From positions 303,828-367,827 of the forward strand of contig NW_013657647.1 in assembly GCF_000142905.1 (NCBI RefSeq): a stretch of DNA of 64,000 bases. Reading direction: 5' to 3'. A program made the translations under genes and the position numbers. This document shows positions 1-11,508 of this stretch, piece by piece. The notes under the pieces were generated by a model. The model was not told where the DNA came from. It saw only the letters and a program-made list of their open reading frames with translations, and made no database searches. Each line of letters begins with the position of its first letter. Within the stretch, counting starts at the first letter, position 1. This DNA comes from Thecamonas trahens ATCC 50062. Taxonomy: Eukaryota; Protista; Apusomonadida.

Positions 1-979
1 ACGCCCGTGCCGTCGACCCATACCTCACCCCGATGGTCCTTGGCGTGGCACGTGACGTTCCAGCGGTTGCTGCTGCCAAGGCAGAGTTTGATGCCCGTGT
101 CGACGAGCTCCGCAAGGCCTCGATCGCCCGCAAGGAGTGGCTCTCTGCCGAAATGGTGCATGCCGAGGGCGCCAGCGACCGATTGCAGCTGCTAATGGAG
201 GCCGTCCACGCCGACCAGATGGCCGACAACGCCATGCTTTCCAAGCTCGGACACGAGATTGATGCGCTTATGCCGTCTGAGGCCTCGGGCGATGCCGCTA
301 ACGCCCCGCTCCGCGCCTTTCGCAACGTTCACAGCTCGACCACATGGGCCCGCGCCAAGGCTGCCTCTCACGCCCGTGCTCGCCCGGCTCACCTTGGCTA
401 CGACGTCCTCGCGCCAGCGCAAGTCATCCCGAGCACGCTCGGCGCTCCCACTACCGGTGAGTCTGACATTGTGCTCACGGCCTCGGCCCGCCTGGTCAAC
501 GCTGCCTCTGGCGCGCTTGTCCCGGCTTTGGCTGACGGGACGCTGCTCCTTGCGCCGGACACCGGCCTGCAGCTCGACTGGGAGGTAGTGCTGGCCGGCG
601 ATGGTGCGCTCCGGCACGTTATGGGCGGTTTTGTCTGCCGCGGACCCGTCCGCGTGCAAACGCGCTCAACACCCTCCTCGCCTCCTCGCTCAGCACAGCC
701 GATGGCGGTCGTAAGCTCAGCTGCGCGCTCGAGTGGGGCGCTGACGTGGCGGCCATGGTTGGCTCTGGCTCGACGCCTCTGGCACTAGTGCTTGACGTTG
801 CAGCAACTGCGACGCCCGATGCTGTCGTTCCGGTCTTTGTTCGGCTACATGTGGCGGTGGCTGCCGCACTGGCGCCGGACGATGGCGCCAACAGTAGCAG
901 CTCGCAGAGCAAGCCGGCGACGTGCCGGGTAGTGGTGCGGACCACCGCCAGCGGCAAGGTCCATGTATACAACGGCTAG
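1..979 (+). CDS. 3' part of a hypothetical protein entering from upstream; apparent net -1 frameshift near 630-660 joins ORF 33..788 to the frame of ORF 746..979
   Basis: Frame of ORF 33 is open from the window start; coding-like codon usage moves to the NALNTLLASSL...GKVHVYNG* frame around 656. No family recognised. Confidence 0.5.
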
Positions 980-1000
980 TTGGTGCGATGCTGGTGGCCT

Positions 1001-3121
1001 CTAGGAGGTATTGTTGGGCGCAGCCGCGTTGGCCGGCGGCGAGCCGGAGAGATTCTCTTTGGCAGCGTCGTTGGCCGCCGCCGGCTGCGCCGCCTTTTTG
1101 CGCAGGCCGGCCTTGAAGGCGCGCATGCGGGCGCGGGCCTTACCGGCGGCCGACGGTGCGGTGCGGGAACGGGTGCCGCGGGCGAGCAAATACCCGATGG
1201 GATCGCCGGGCGAGGGGTCGGCAGCGTTGCCAATCCGCCACATGTTGACCGTCGCCGACGCCTTGCCCGACTTTGAGCGGCGCTTGGCCGGTGGCGGCGC
1301 GACGTCGACAAAAAACGCCGACGATGAGACCGACGATGACGACGACGCCGCCGAGGATGCGGCCGGCGGGGGCTTGGCCTTGGTCGATCGCGCCTTGGCC
1401 GTGGCAAGCGCGTTGCGCTTGCGAAGCCAGGCAGCAGCCGACGAGCGCGCACCGGCCAACGAGCCGTACGCAGAAAGCTCGAGCCTGTTAAACGGGTTGG
1501 TGGCAGCAAGATCGAGGGCGGCAATGGCAATCGTCTTGCCAATGTGCCGCCAGATCTCAGGTGTGTAGCGGGCGGCCGAGCGCTGCGGGCGCGGCGGGGT
1601 GAGCGAGCGGCGCGACGACGACGCGGCTTGCGGAAAGGCGTCGGCGTTGGCGGCGGGCGCGAGGCCGTTGGCTAGGTTGCCCGAATGGTAGTTGGATTCG
1701 AGGGTGTAGCAGTGCCGAATGCCTGTGGCGGCATGGATGCCGACCCGGCCCGAGCCGGCCTTGGACATGCCGTCGCGCTTGTCGACCGCGGCCATGCCGG
1801 CCGATGAAAAGTCGCAGGCGTCGAGCTCAAAGTGTGGCGAGTTGACCTCGAGGAGCTTGGCGTAGAGGACGTTGGCAAGCATGGCGTCGGGCGCGTCAAG
1901 CGCGTTGCCGAAAACAAAGATGCCCTTGCGCGAGGCGTGCGAATGGAGGTCGATGTAAAAGTCGACCGGCGGGCCGGCGCCCGAGCTGGCGTCCGATGTC
2001 AGGGCGACGAGATAGGTGCGGATAGCGGCGACAGTCGGGTGGAGATGGACCGACGGGGCGTCGTAGACCCGGTTGAGGTTGACGCCATGCGGGTCGGTCC
2101 GATAGTGGCCGCGGGCCACGCCATCGGGATTGACGGCTGGCACCAGGCAAAAGACATACAGGCCGCGGAGAAGCTTTGCGCGCGGATCGTCGGAGACCAG
2201 GAACTTGAGCAGGCCGTCCATCATGTGCGACGCCGGCGTCTCACCTGGATGGACCCGGGCCGAGACGAAAAAGTACTTTTTGGCTGGGAACAGTGGTGGG
2301 CGGAGGGCGAGCGGCGCCGCCGAGCCGAACGATCCACCTTCAGCAGGAAAGATGGTCCGAGTCTTGGCAAGCGACGTAAAGTAGGTGCCGAGCTGACGCG
2401 CGCCCGACGGGTCTGCTCCGTCTGCCGACGTCACTGTGACCAGCTCGACCGGCCGGCCGTCGAGCGAGTAGGCCAGGATCTCACGGGCAAAGAAGACATC
2501 GTCCGAGACGTTTCCCGCCACGCCGTCGAGTACCCGCCCAAGGGTGGTGAGCGAGTGAGGGACGCAAAAGGCAAAGAAGACGGTGTCGCACTCTGGCTCG
2601 GCACAGTTGGCCGGGACGCGGTGGACGTACTCGAAGCGGAGGGCGAAGCGCTTCTCTGCCTGCTGGTCGTCGCCGTCTCGGCCTGCGGCCCGATCGGAAC
2701 GATGCGGACCGTCCGGAAAGGGCGGGCGCGGGTCCTTGGCCGAGGTGGAGTAAAAGGCCGGCGGCGAGGGGATGGGCAGCCAGCGGGCGCCTGGCCCGTG
2801 CTCTGCATGCGGATCCGAGCCGACGCGGTAGAAGGGCCGATAGCCGGCCGAGTACAGCTTGGCCTGGCCGTTGAGGTCGCGGATGGTGATGCGGAGGACG
2901 TTGGTGGCACCGGGATCGTGCTGGAGGTTCGAGATGGAGAAGAAAAACCACGAGCGGTTCGGCGAGGCGTAGACTGAGCCGGCGCCGTCGCGGGCTGTCC
3001 ACACATGGATGTCGTTCTCGCCGAGCGGGCCGGCGGCGGCCCCGGACGCATTTCCGCTCTCAAAAGCCGATGAAATGGTGTACCTCCCCACAGTCGTGGC
3101 CATCTGTCCAAGACTCCCCAT
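1001..3121 (-). CDS. AGBL5: Cytosolic carboxypeptidase 5-like (M14 zinc carboxypeptidase, tubulin deglutamylase)
   Basis: FESGN, NRSWFFF, SARVHPGETPAS, NPDGVARGHYRTD, NLNR, YIDLHSH, GSGRV and YTLESNY motifs. Start at MGSLGQM (3121) or MATT (3103); the longer ORF runs through a repeat and the gap. Confidence 0.9.
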   Translation of the reverse strand: MGSLGQMATTVGRYTISSAFESGNASGAAAGPLGENDIHVWTARDGAGSVYASPNRSWFFFSISNLQHDPGATNVLRITIRDLNGQAKLYSAGYRPFYRVGSDPHAEHGPGARWLPIPSPPAFYSTSAKDPRPPFPDGPHRSDRAAGRDGDDQQAEKRFALRFEYVHRVPANCAEPECDTVFFAFCVPHSLTTLGRVLDGVAGNVSDDVFFAREILAYSLDGRPVELVTVTSADGADPSGARQLGTYFTSLAKTRTIFPAEGGSFGSAAPLALRPPLFPAKKYFFVSARVHPGETPASHMMDGLLKFLVSDDPRAKLLRGLYVFCLVPAVNPDGVARGHYRTDPHGVNLNRVYDAPSVHLHPTVAAIRTYLVALTSDASSGAGPPVDFYIDLHSHASRKGIFVFGNALDAPDAMLANVLYAKLLEVNSPHFELDACDFSSAGMAAVDKRDGMSKAGSGRVGIHAATGIRHCYTLESNYHSGNLANGLAPAANADAFPQAASSSRRSLTPPRPQRSAARYTPEIWRHIGKTIAIAALDLAATNPFNRLELSAYGSLAGARSSAAAWLRKRNALATAKARSTKAKPPPAASSAASSSSSVSSSAFFVDVAPPPAKRRSKSGKASATVNMWRIGNAADPSPGDPIGYLLARGTRSRTAPSAAGKARARMRAFKAGLRKKAAQPAAANDAAKENLSGSPPANAAAPNNTS

Positions 3122-3266
3122 GCTACCTGCCTGTCGTCTCTCGCCCTCGTCTGTCTGCTCCTTCGTCGCTGCTGGTCCAAGCTGCGAGAGGTCTTGCCGC
3201 CGCCGTCGGCCCAATGGCGCCAAAGCCGAAAACGGGCGCAGCCGCTCGATTTGCCCCTCCACGCCA

Positions 3267-4330
3267 CGATCCCCATCCCCATCATACCCATACCCATCAT
3301 ACCCATCCCCATCATCCCCATCCCCATCATACCCATACCCATCATCCCCATACCCATCATCCCCATACCCATCATCCCCATACCCATCATCCCCATCCCC
3401 ATCATACCCATCCCCATCATACCCATCCCCATCATCCCCATANNNNNNNNNNNNNNNNNNNNNNNNNNNNNNNNNNNNNNNNNNNNNNNNNNNNNNNNNN
3501 NNNNNNNNNNNNNNNNNNNNNNNNNNNNNNNNNNNNNNNNNNNNNNNNNNNNNNNNNNNNNNNNNNNNNNNNNNNNNNNNNNNNNNNNNNNNNNNNNNNN
3601 NNNNNNNNNNNNNNNNNNNNNNNNNNNNNNNNNNNNNNNNNNNNNNNNNNNNNNNNNNNNNNNNNNNNNNNNNNNNNNNNNNNNNNNNNNNNNNNNNNNN
3701 NNNNNNNNNNNNNNNNNNNNNNNNNNNNNNNNNNNNNNNNNNNNNNNNNNNNNNNNNNNNNNNNNNNNNNNNNNNNNNNNNNNNNNNNNNNNNNNNNNNN
3801 NNNNNNNNNNNNNNNNNNNNNNNNNNNNNNNNNNNNNNNNNNNNNNNNNNNNNNNNNNNNNNNNNNNNNNNNNNNNNNNNNNNNNNNNNNNNNNNNNNNN
3901 NNNNNNNNNNNNNNNNNNNNNNNNNNNNNNNNNNNNNNNNNNNNNNNNNNNNNNNNNNNNNNNNNNNNNNNNNNNNNNNNNNNNNNNNNNNNNNNNNNNN
4001 NNNNNNNNNNNNNNNNNNNNNNNNNNNNNNNNNNNNNNNNNNNNNNNNNNNNNNNNNNNNNNNNNNNNNNNNNNNNNNNNNNNNNNNNNNNNNNNNNNNN
4101 NNNNNNNNNNNNNNNNNNNNNNNNNNNNNNNNNNNNNNNNNNNNNNNNNNNNNNNNNNNNNNNNNNNNNNNNNNNNNNNNNNNNNNNNNNNNNNNNNNNN
4201 NNNNNNNNNNNNNNNNNNNNNNNNNNNNNATACCCATCCCACTCATACCCATACCCACTCATCCCCATCCCCACTCATCCCCATCCCCACTCATCCCCAT
4301 CCCCACTCATACCCATCCCCACTCCCTATC
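3267..4330. repeat. Simple/minisatellite repeat (CCCATC/CCCATA/CATC units) flanking an assembly gap
   Basis: Repeat visible at 3267-3442 and 4230-4330 on both sides of the N run. Confidence 0.9.
3443..4229. other. Assembly gap (N run)
   Basis: Run of N. Confidence 1.
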
Positions 4331-4439
4331 CCCCCCCCCCCCCACGCCGCCACCCCCCCTCCCCTCCCCTCCCCTCTCCCCCCCCCACCCACTGCAGCAC
4401 TTGTCTGAGGGAGGCACGAGTGTGAGAGGCAGACGAGCG

Positions 4440-4673
4440 ATGGGGCTGACGAGCGCACTGGGGGTGCTTGCGGACGACTCTCACGTGTGCTACAACAAGT
4501 ACAAGGTGCTCAAGAGGTTGTCGGAGAGGGAGCCGACCAATGCCAAGGCCAACATGCTGAAGGACCCTCTCCGCAATGCCTCCAAGGACGTCCACAAGGT
4601 GGCCAAGGAGGCCAAGGCGAACCCTGCTGCCTTTGCCACAGCCCATGTACAGGTACGTCCTCATCTCATTCCC

Positions 4674-4710
<37 letters not shown>

Positions 4711-7700
4711 CCCTCCCCCTCCCCCCTCCCCCCATCCCCATACCCTCCCCCCGTTTCGCCTAAAAAAGGCCACCTACCACCGCTACATGACCTGCACGCC
4801 ACGGGCTGGTATACAGAACACACTGCCACAAGCTGCCTACAAACCACACTACCTCCTGTCGCATGCTCTTGACTACACCCTATCCCAGCATCATCCGCAC
4901 ACATCTGACTCACATCGCCCCCCTCCCCCCCTCCCCCCCCCCCTCCCTCCTCCTCCTCCTCCCCCTGGCCCGGCTGCAGGCCTGTGTCGAGGTCCTCACC
5001 ACTTACGTCGAGGCGCTGGAGAGGTACGCCAAGCACCCGACAGCGACTCGGCTGCATGCTGACAATGCAGCTGCTCTTCGTAAGGCTATGGCAAGGTTCG
5101 AGTCGGACGGTCTTGCCTTTGTCGCCGCCAGATCGCCGCCCACTGAAGCCGCCTTTGACATGGCTGTCGGCCTCCTCACAAAGGTCTGGATCGCCGCCGC
5201 AGACGAGGTTGCCATCTCGCAAGACGTGGCTGCTCTCCTCTATCCCCACACACAGCACAGCCCATTGCCGGCTGCCGCTGCCGGCTTTGAGCTCTCAGAG
5301 AGCGACGGTGGCGCACCGACCAACGTCGCTGCCGCTGGTGACTTTGAGCTGTCTGAGAGTGACGGCGGCGCGCCGACCAACGTCGCTGCCGCTGGTGGCT
5401 TTGAGCTGTCTGAGAGCGACGGTGGGCCGCCGGCTGCTGCTGCCGGCTTTGAGCTCTCAGAGAGCGACGGCGGCGCACCGACCAACGTCGCTGCAGCTGG
5501 TGGCTTTGAGCTGTCTGAGAGTGACGGCGGCGCGCCGACCAACGTCGCTGCGGCTGGCGGCTTTGAGCTCTCGTCCGACGGCGGCGGCTATGGCGCTGGG
5601 TTCACCGCCGCGGGTGGTGGCGCCGGCGCCGCTGGCGGCACCTTTGATCTCTCCGAGTCGGACGCCGGCGACATGCCGACGCCATCGCCGGCGCCGGTGC
5701 CGACGCCCAAGGGCAGCATGCCGCAGTTTATGCTGACCGACGACGACGAGGTCGGAGCAGGTCCCGACGGGTTTGAGCTCTCCGAGAGCGACGGCGGGCC
5801 GGCAGCGCCGGCGGCAGGCGGCGGGTTTGTGCTCTCCGAGAGCGACGGCGACGCGTACGTGCCGCCGCCGCGGCCGCTGGACATGAACGAGCTCAACTTG
5901 TCGACCGACGAAGACGTGGTTCTGCCAGAGGTGTCTGGATTCGAGCTCTCGCCGCCAGCCGATGTGCACGCCGGGCGCGGGCTGGTTGCGGCCGGAGTCG
6001 GGTGCTCGCTGGTGGGCATCAACTCCGCGACGCGGGTCCGGGCCAACGAGCCGAGCTCTTTCAAGATCTTTGCCGGCGACTCGAAGGGCTTTCCCATGGT
6101 TAAGGGCGGCGACGAGTTCTTTGTCAAGTTTGACGGGCCGGGCGAGTACGAGGTGGCTGTGGAGGACCTTGACGATGGGACGTATGAGGTCAAGTTTACC
6201 ATCTTCCGCGGCGGCAACTACACCCTCCACGTTCGTCTCGGCTCCAAGTACGGCGCCGCCGTCGGTGGAACGCCGCTGCCGTTTATGGTGGACGGCGAGG
6301 AGAAGGACGCAGCGGCAGCGGCAGACGATGTCATCCCCGACGAGGCCTACGCCATTCTCGAGGGTCGCGAGCCTGTTGCAAGCGCCAAGAGCGAGTCGGC
6401 AGACATGCCGCCGTCGCGCGGGCCGGACACGTTTGCGGACGAACTGGGGCGAGTGCTGGAGATGCAGCCCGAGACCTCGCTCATCGACGTCGACACGTAC
6501 GACAAGACAGTGATGATGAACGCGCTGCTGAACACGCAGCACACGCTTTCGACGCTGCAGATGCAGGCCGGCGACCTGTCGGCCGTGGCCAAGGGCGTGC
6601 TGGCGCAGGTGGCCGAGCTTGAGACCAAGCAGACGGCGCTGGTGACCGAGTGGAAGCGGTCCGAGATGAAGCGGTCCAAGCTGACGTCGGACATGCACGA
6701 GCTGGTGGCCAAGTGCTCGGCAGCTGGGGTGCCGGTCAACACAGCGAGCCTTGAGGCGCCCGAGCCGTTTGACTCGATTGCCCGCCGGATTCACGCCATG
6801 CTCGACGGCCGCCGGGCTGGCCCAGGCCATGCGCTCTCGGACTTTGGCGACGACGAGCGCCTCGCGCTGCGCGAGTGCCTCTTGCGCGAGGTCGACGAGA
6901 TTGTGGAGCAGACCCAGTCCGGGCACACGCTCATCAAGGATGTTCTCACGGCCAAGCTCAATTACGTGGCCAAGCCGGCGCTTGGCGCCGGCGAGGAGGA
7001 GTATGTGCCGTCTACCGGAGCGCCTGGCCCGTCGGCCGGCTCGCCGGCCCGCCGCCGGAGCGGCGACCCGTTCTCAGACGCCGGCTCACCGTACCGCGAC
7101 TCGGACGACGAGTACTCGGACGCCGGCTACCGGAGCGCCCGCCGCAGCGGGCGGCGTGGCTCGTCGTCGCGCCGCCCGTCGTCGCTCGCCGCAGAGGGTC
7201 CGGCCGTCGAGCGGGCGTACGACGTTGCCCGCTCGGAGATCCGCACCATGAAGGAGACCGCCAAAAAGACCGCCATGCGCCACAGGCTCATGCAAGCTCG
7301 AGTCAAGCAGCTCGAGAATGCTCGCTTCGAGAACCTCGAGAAGGGCCTCACCCGCGGCGGCGCCAAGAACGCCTCGGGTGCCGCAGTCCGCCGCCAGCGG
7401 ACAGGTGGCGCCTCTGCCCGCCGCGGCGGCTTTGGCCCCGCGCCGGACGACGAGCAGCTGCGCTACGGCGAGCAGCTCAACAAGCTCTCGCTCGAGCACG
7501 AGACCCTCCGCGACAAGTTCCACAAACTCGAGGAGGAGCACAACCTGCTCAAGAAGAAGATGCGCGACTTCTCCAAGGCCGCAGACACCCGCGTCAAGAA
7601 ACTGGCCAACGACCATCTCGCCGCCATGACCGAGGCTAAGCGCCAGTTCGACAACGAGCTCAAGCTCAAGCACGCCGAGGTCATCAAGCTTCAGGATGAG

Positions 7701-7895
7701 AAGCGCTTGCAGGTCGTCGAGATGCGCACCGCCCTCGAGCATGCTCACCGCAAGGATCTCCGCGCACTTCAACGCGAGCACGCCCTCAAGGCCGCCGCTC
7801 TCCGCGAGGAGCTCTCCGACCTCAAGCAGCTTATCGAAGCCGATGCCGACGCTCTCTTGCCACGCCCGGCATTGTCTCCCTCTCGGCGGCGATAA
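4440..7895 (+). CDS. Multidomain protein join(4440..4652,4980..7895): SPX-like N-terminus, FELSESDGG repeats, filamin/ABP280 Ig repeat, long coiled coils
   Basis: GTACGT donor at 4653, CTGCAG acceptor ending 4979, phase 0. Filamin signature GGDEFFVKFDGP...VEDLDDGTYEVKFT...GNYTLHV...GTP. Heptad-rich C-terminus. Confidence 0.75.
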
Positions 7896-8037
7896 ACGCC
7901 CTTTCTCCTCCTCTCCCCCCCCTCCCCGCTCCCGTCCTGGCGTTGAACACCCCATGTCATGCCCACCGTCCCCTCCGAGTCGGCAACCAGTGATCAGCGG
8001 CCATCCCTCCTCTCCTCCTCTCCCGCACGCGCCCTCC

Positions 8038-8862
8038 ATGTCTGGGCTGGTGGGCCGACGGAAGAGCAAACGCGGCGACCAGCGCGGAGGGCTGACAACT
8101 GAACGATGCAACTACCTCCTCTCCCTTGCAGCTGCTATAGCTCCTGTGGCGCCCGACCTTGCCCGGCGGCATGTGGCTGGCATGGTGGCCACCGCCCGGA
8201 ACGGCGACATTGTCCTCGGCGACTCGATCCAGGCCCTCTACTGCCCGGCCTGCTTCACCCTGTACTCGCCGGAGACGACCACAACCCGCGTGACCTCCAC
8301 ATCGGCCCGCGTCAGCCAGAGGGCACGCAGATCACTGCGTCACATGCGGTGCCATGGCGAGGCCCATTCACAAACACTCGTGCATCTCCGCGAGATCAGC
8401 GCCATCGTCGTCCGCAAGTGCAAGCACTGTGGCTTTGCCGCCCACGCCCCCGGGAGCTACCATCCACACCGGGCGAACGAGGACCCGAACGACTCGCTCA
8501 CGGCACGCTCCAGAGGCTCCGAATCCAAGGCCGGATCCAAGGCGCCTGCGCTGCCGATGGCCGGGGAGGCGCTCACTGGGAGCCTGGCACGGGTCCGATC
8601 GTCGGAGACCACTCCGTGTGGCTCGCCGGCATCATCGGCGGCAAGCTCGCCGCGAACGCCGCGGACGCCAGCTCAGGGTGCGGCGGTGGTGGCCAAAGCG
8701 AGGGCGCTCATGGCCGGCGGATCCGGCCGCGGATCGGGTGGAGGGAAGAAGCGCAAGCGGTCGATGCAGGCGCTGAAGAAGAAGATGGCCGGCGGCGGCG
8801 GTGGTGGGTCGGGGACCAAGAAGAAGAAGAACAACCTCAATGACTTTTTGGCGTTGCTGTGA
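8038..8862 (+). CDS. Rpr2/Rpp21/Snm1-family RNase P/MRP subunit
   Basis: RCNYLLSLA helix, LARRHV, CPAC...CKHCG zinc ribbon, basic tail ending LNDFLALL. Confidence 0.7.
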   Translation: MSGLVGRRKSKRGDQRGGLTTERCNYLLSLAAAIAPVAPDLARRHVAGMVATARNGDIVLGDSIQALYCPACFTLYSPETTTTRVTSTSARVSQRARRSLRHMRCHGEAHSQTLVHLREISAIVVRKCKHCGFAAHAPGSYHPHRANEDPNDSLTARSRGSESKAGSKAPALPMAGEALTGSLARVRSSETTPCGSPASSAASSPRTPRTPAQGAAVVAKARALMAGGSGRGSGGGKKRKRSMQALKKKMAGGGGGGSGTKKKKNNLNDFLALL

Positions 8863-8902
8863 CTAGGCGATGGCCTCTCGTTGTCTGTGCACACCATCCC
8901 TT

Positions 8903-10977
8903 TTACCAGTCGTCCCACGAGTCGCCCGAGCCGGTGCCACGAGCTTCATCGTCGTCGGGCTTGTCGTCGTCAGAGGCAGTGCCATCGTCGCCCGACTCGG
9001 CGCTGGACGGTGAGCGCAGCGGCGTCTCGGATGCCATCTCCGAGGTCGTGGCGGTCGGTGTCATGTACGCAACAGGATCGTCCGACGATACGTCGGTGTA
9101 GGTGTACCCGCTGTCGTCGGACGCGTCGTCGAGAAAGTCGGACGCGTCCGAGTCAAACGACGAGAGGTCACACTCAAAGTCGACCGAGGCCGATCGGGGA
9201 GCGAGGCCGAGTCCGAGGCGTCATCGACGCAGGTAGCTGACGACACGTCGTGGACGTCTGAGGTGTCAAAGAGCAAGTCCTGCAGATCGGCAGACGCCAG
9301 GGCGGCGGTGGCCGGCGCCGACACCGGCGTCCCGGTCCCGCCACTCGCCGTGGGCGAGTCGAGCTCGGCACTGTCGATGCGCCACAGGCCGATGTTGGCC
9401 GAGCCGACCGGGCTGGCGGCCGAGTCGGTAAAACCGGCCTTGAGCATGCGCTGGAAGCGCTGTGCCAGGCTTTCGGACGGGAGCTTGGCAAGGAACTTGG
9501 TGCGGATGCACTCTTCGGCCTGGGTCGGGCGGCGGACGGAGGCAAAGAGCTTGTGACGGAGCAGGTCCTTGGCCGACTTGCGCTCAGCCGGGTTGATGCG
9601 GAGGCACGAGTGGACAAACGAGCGGAGAGCGCCCGAGAACTTGCGGCCCTTGACCTTGCGCCGGGTTAGCGTCGACTTGAGGTCCGGAGGGCCCTTTGTG
9701 TGCTCGGCCATGATTTGCAGAATGGACGCGCTGTAGTAAGGCGGCTGCCCGGTGGCGAGCTCGATGGCCATGATGCCGAGCGACCAGATGTCGGCCTTGG
9801 TGTCGTACCCAGTCGAGCCTTCGAGAACAACCTGCAGGACCTCAGGCGCCATAAAGCACGGCGAGCCGGCTAGGGTTCGGGAGCGCGAGTACGCTCCCCA
9901 TGAGAGCCGGGCTGCGCCAAGATCCGCCACCAGGACCCGGCCGTCGGCGGCCAGCAGCAGGTTCGACGACTTGATGTCACGGTGGATGAGGTCCGATGCG
10001 TGGAGATAGGCTAGCCCGGAGAGCGCCTGATACAGGACCGCGGCAATGACAGACTCGTCGAGAATGCCCGATGGCGCAACGGAGACCAAGACGTCGCGAA
10101 TGGAGCCCATGTCTGCGCGATCGGTGACAATCCACAGCTCCGAGCCGACTACAAACGATGTGTGTTGCTCGAGTAGGTTGTGGTGGTGCATGATGGACGC
10201 CGAGCGGAGCGACTCGGAGACCCTCGCCAGGTCGATATCCAGCGAGTCGAGCTGGATGACCTTGATGGCCACGGGAATCGCTTGCTTGGGCACTAGCGAC
10301 TGGCCGTCAGCGTCAGCCAGCCGCACCACTTGGTTGGTAGACTCGGGCGGCGTGTAAGTTGCCCAGTAGACCTTGGAAGACGCGCCCGATCCGATCTGCT
10401 CCTCCAGCTCGTAGTCTTCTGGCTCCGACGAGAACTTGATCAGCCCGCGGGCACTTGCCGATCCGAGCCCAACATCCACCAACCGCGGCCGACTGACCAA
10501 CATCGGCCCGCTCGAGCCACCAGGCCCAGCCACCGATGCCGCCCGCCGCTTCACCCGCCGCCGCCGCCTCCGCTTCCCAGCGGTGCCATTTGCCGAGTTG
10601 GTGGCTGATGCTTCAGCCGGTGCTCCCGCTGCTGAACCCTCACCCCTTTGCGAGCTTGCTGACGATGGCTGTGGTCCTTCTCCGGGCGCCTGTGGCGACG
10701 TTGCCGAGACGGACGTCGACGCCATTGTCGGCGACTGGGATGGCTCCTCGCCACCTGCGGACCAAGAACCATCACCACCATCACTGTTGTGGAGAGTGGT
10801 CGGAGATGATGGTGTTGCTCCTACTGCGGCAGCTGCTGATGCCACGGCGTCGGCCATGATAGCCGCAGGCGCAGTGGCCACATGATCCTTGCCCGCCATG
10901 CTCTCCCGCTGACTAGGACTCGCCATGTTCGCTGCCGTCCTTGCTTGCTCTCTACCTCTGTACCTCGCCGTGTCCAA
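8903..10977 (-). CDS. STE20-family (OSR1/SPAK/Fray-like) Ser/Thr kinase; -1 frameshift near 9192 extends an acidic tail to SWDDW*
   Basis: YELEEQIGSGASSKV, VAIK, SFVVGSELWIV, HRDIKSSN, DLG, GSPCFMAPE, GYDTKADIWSLGI. Alternative frame DFECDLSSFDSD...GDSWDDW ends at TAA 8903. Confidence 0.85.
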
Positions 10978-11202
10978 GTATATCGTCCTCGCTCACCTCT
11001 TGCTCTCTCCGCCACCCTTCCTCTGCTTCTCCCCTGGTGTGCGGTGTCGTGCCCTGTCGCCAGTTCGCCCTGTCCCCCCTCTCTCTCCCTCCCCCCCCCC
11101 CCTGCTACTCCTGGCTCAGTGGTTCGGCCGTCGTTGCTGTTTCGTCCGGCAACACTCCTCGGATTGTTCGCTGGCACTGTTTGGCGCAGTCATTGTCGTT
11201 TA

Positions 11203-11440
11203 TCGCCAGCATCGTCCATGGCTATCGCCAACATTGTTCATGGTAAGCGCCAGCATTGTCCATGGTAAGCGCCAGCATTGTCCATGGTAAGCGCCAGCAT
11301 CGTTCATGGCTATCGCCAACATTGTCCATGGCCATCGCCAACATTGTCCAGCGCCAGCATTTTTCACAACCATCGCCAGCGCTATTCACAACCATCCCCA
11401 GCATCATCCATGGTAAGCGCCAGCATCGTCCATGGCCATG
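11203..11440. repeat. Imperfect ~22-bp minisatellite (CATGGTAAGCGCCAGCATTGTC-like)
   Basis: About 10 degenerate copies upstream of the kinase start. Confidence 0.85.
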
Positions 11441-11508
11441 GCCCTCGTCACCTACCGCCGCCACAGTGGGATTCATTCGGCTGGATCACATCACAGTACA
11501 GGGATAGC

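Noticed and set aside
2431-4763. Long ORFs spanning the N gap (poly-MG, PI, HP, DGY)
   Set aside because: Artefacts of N translation and simple repeats.
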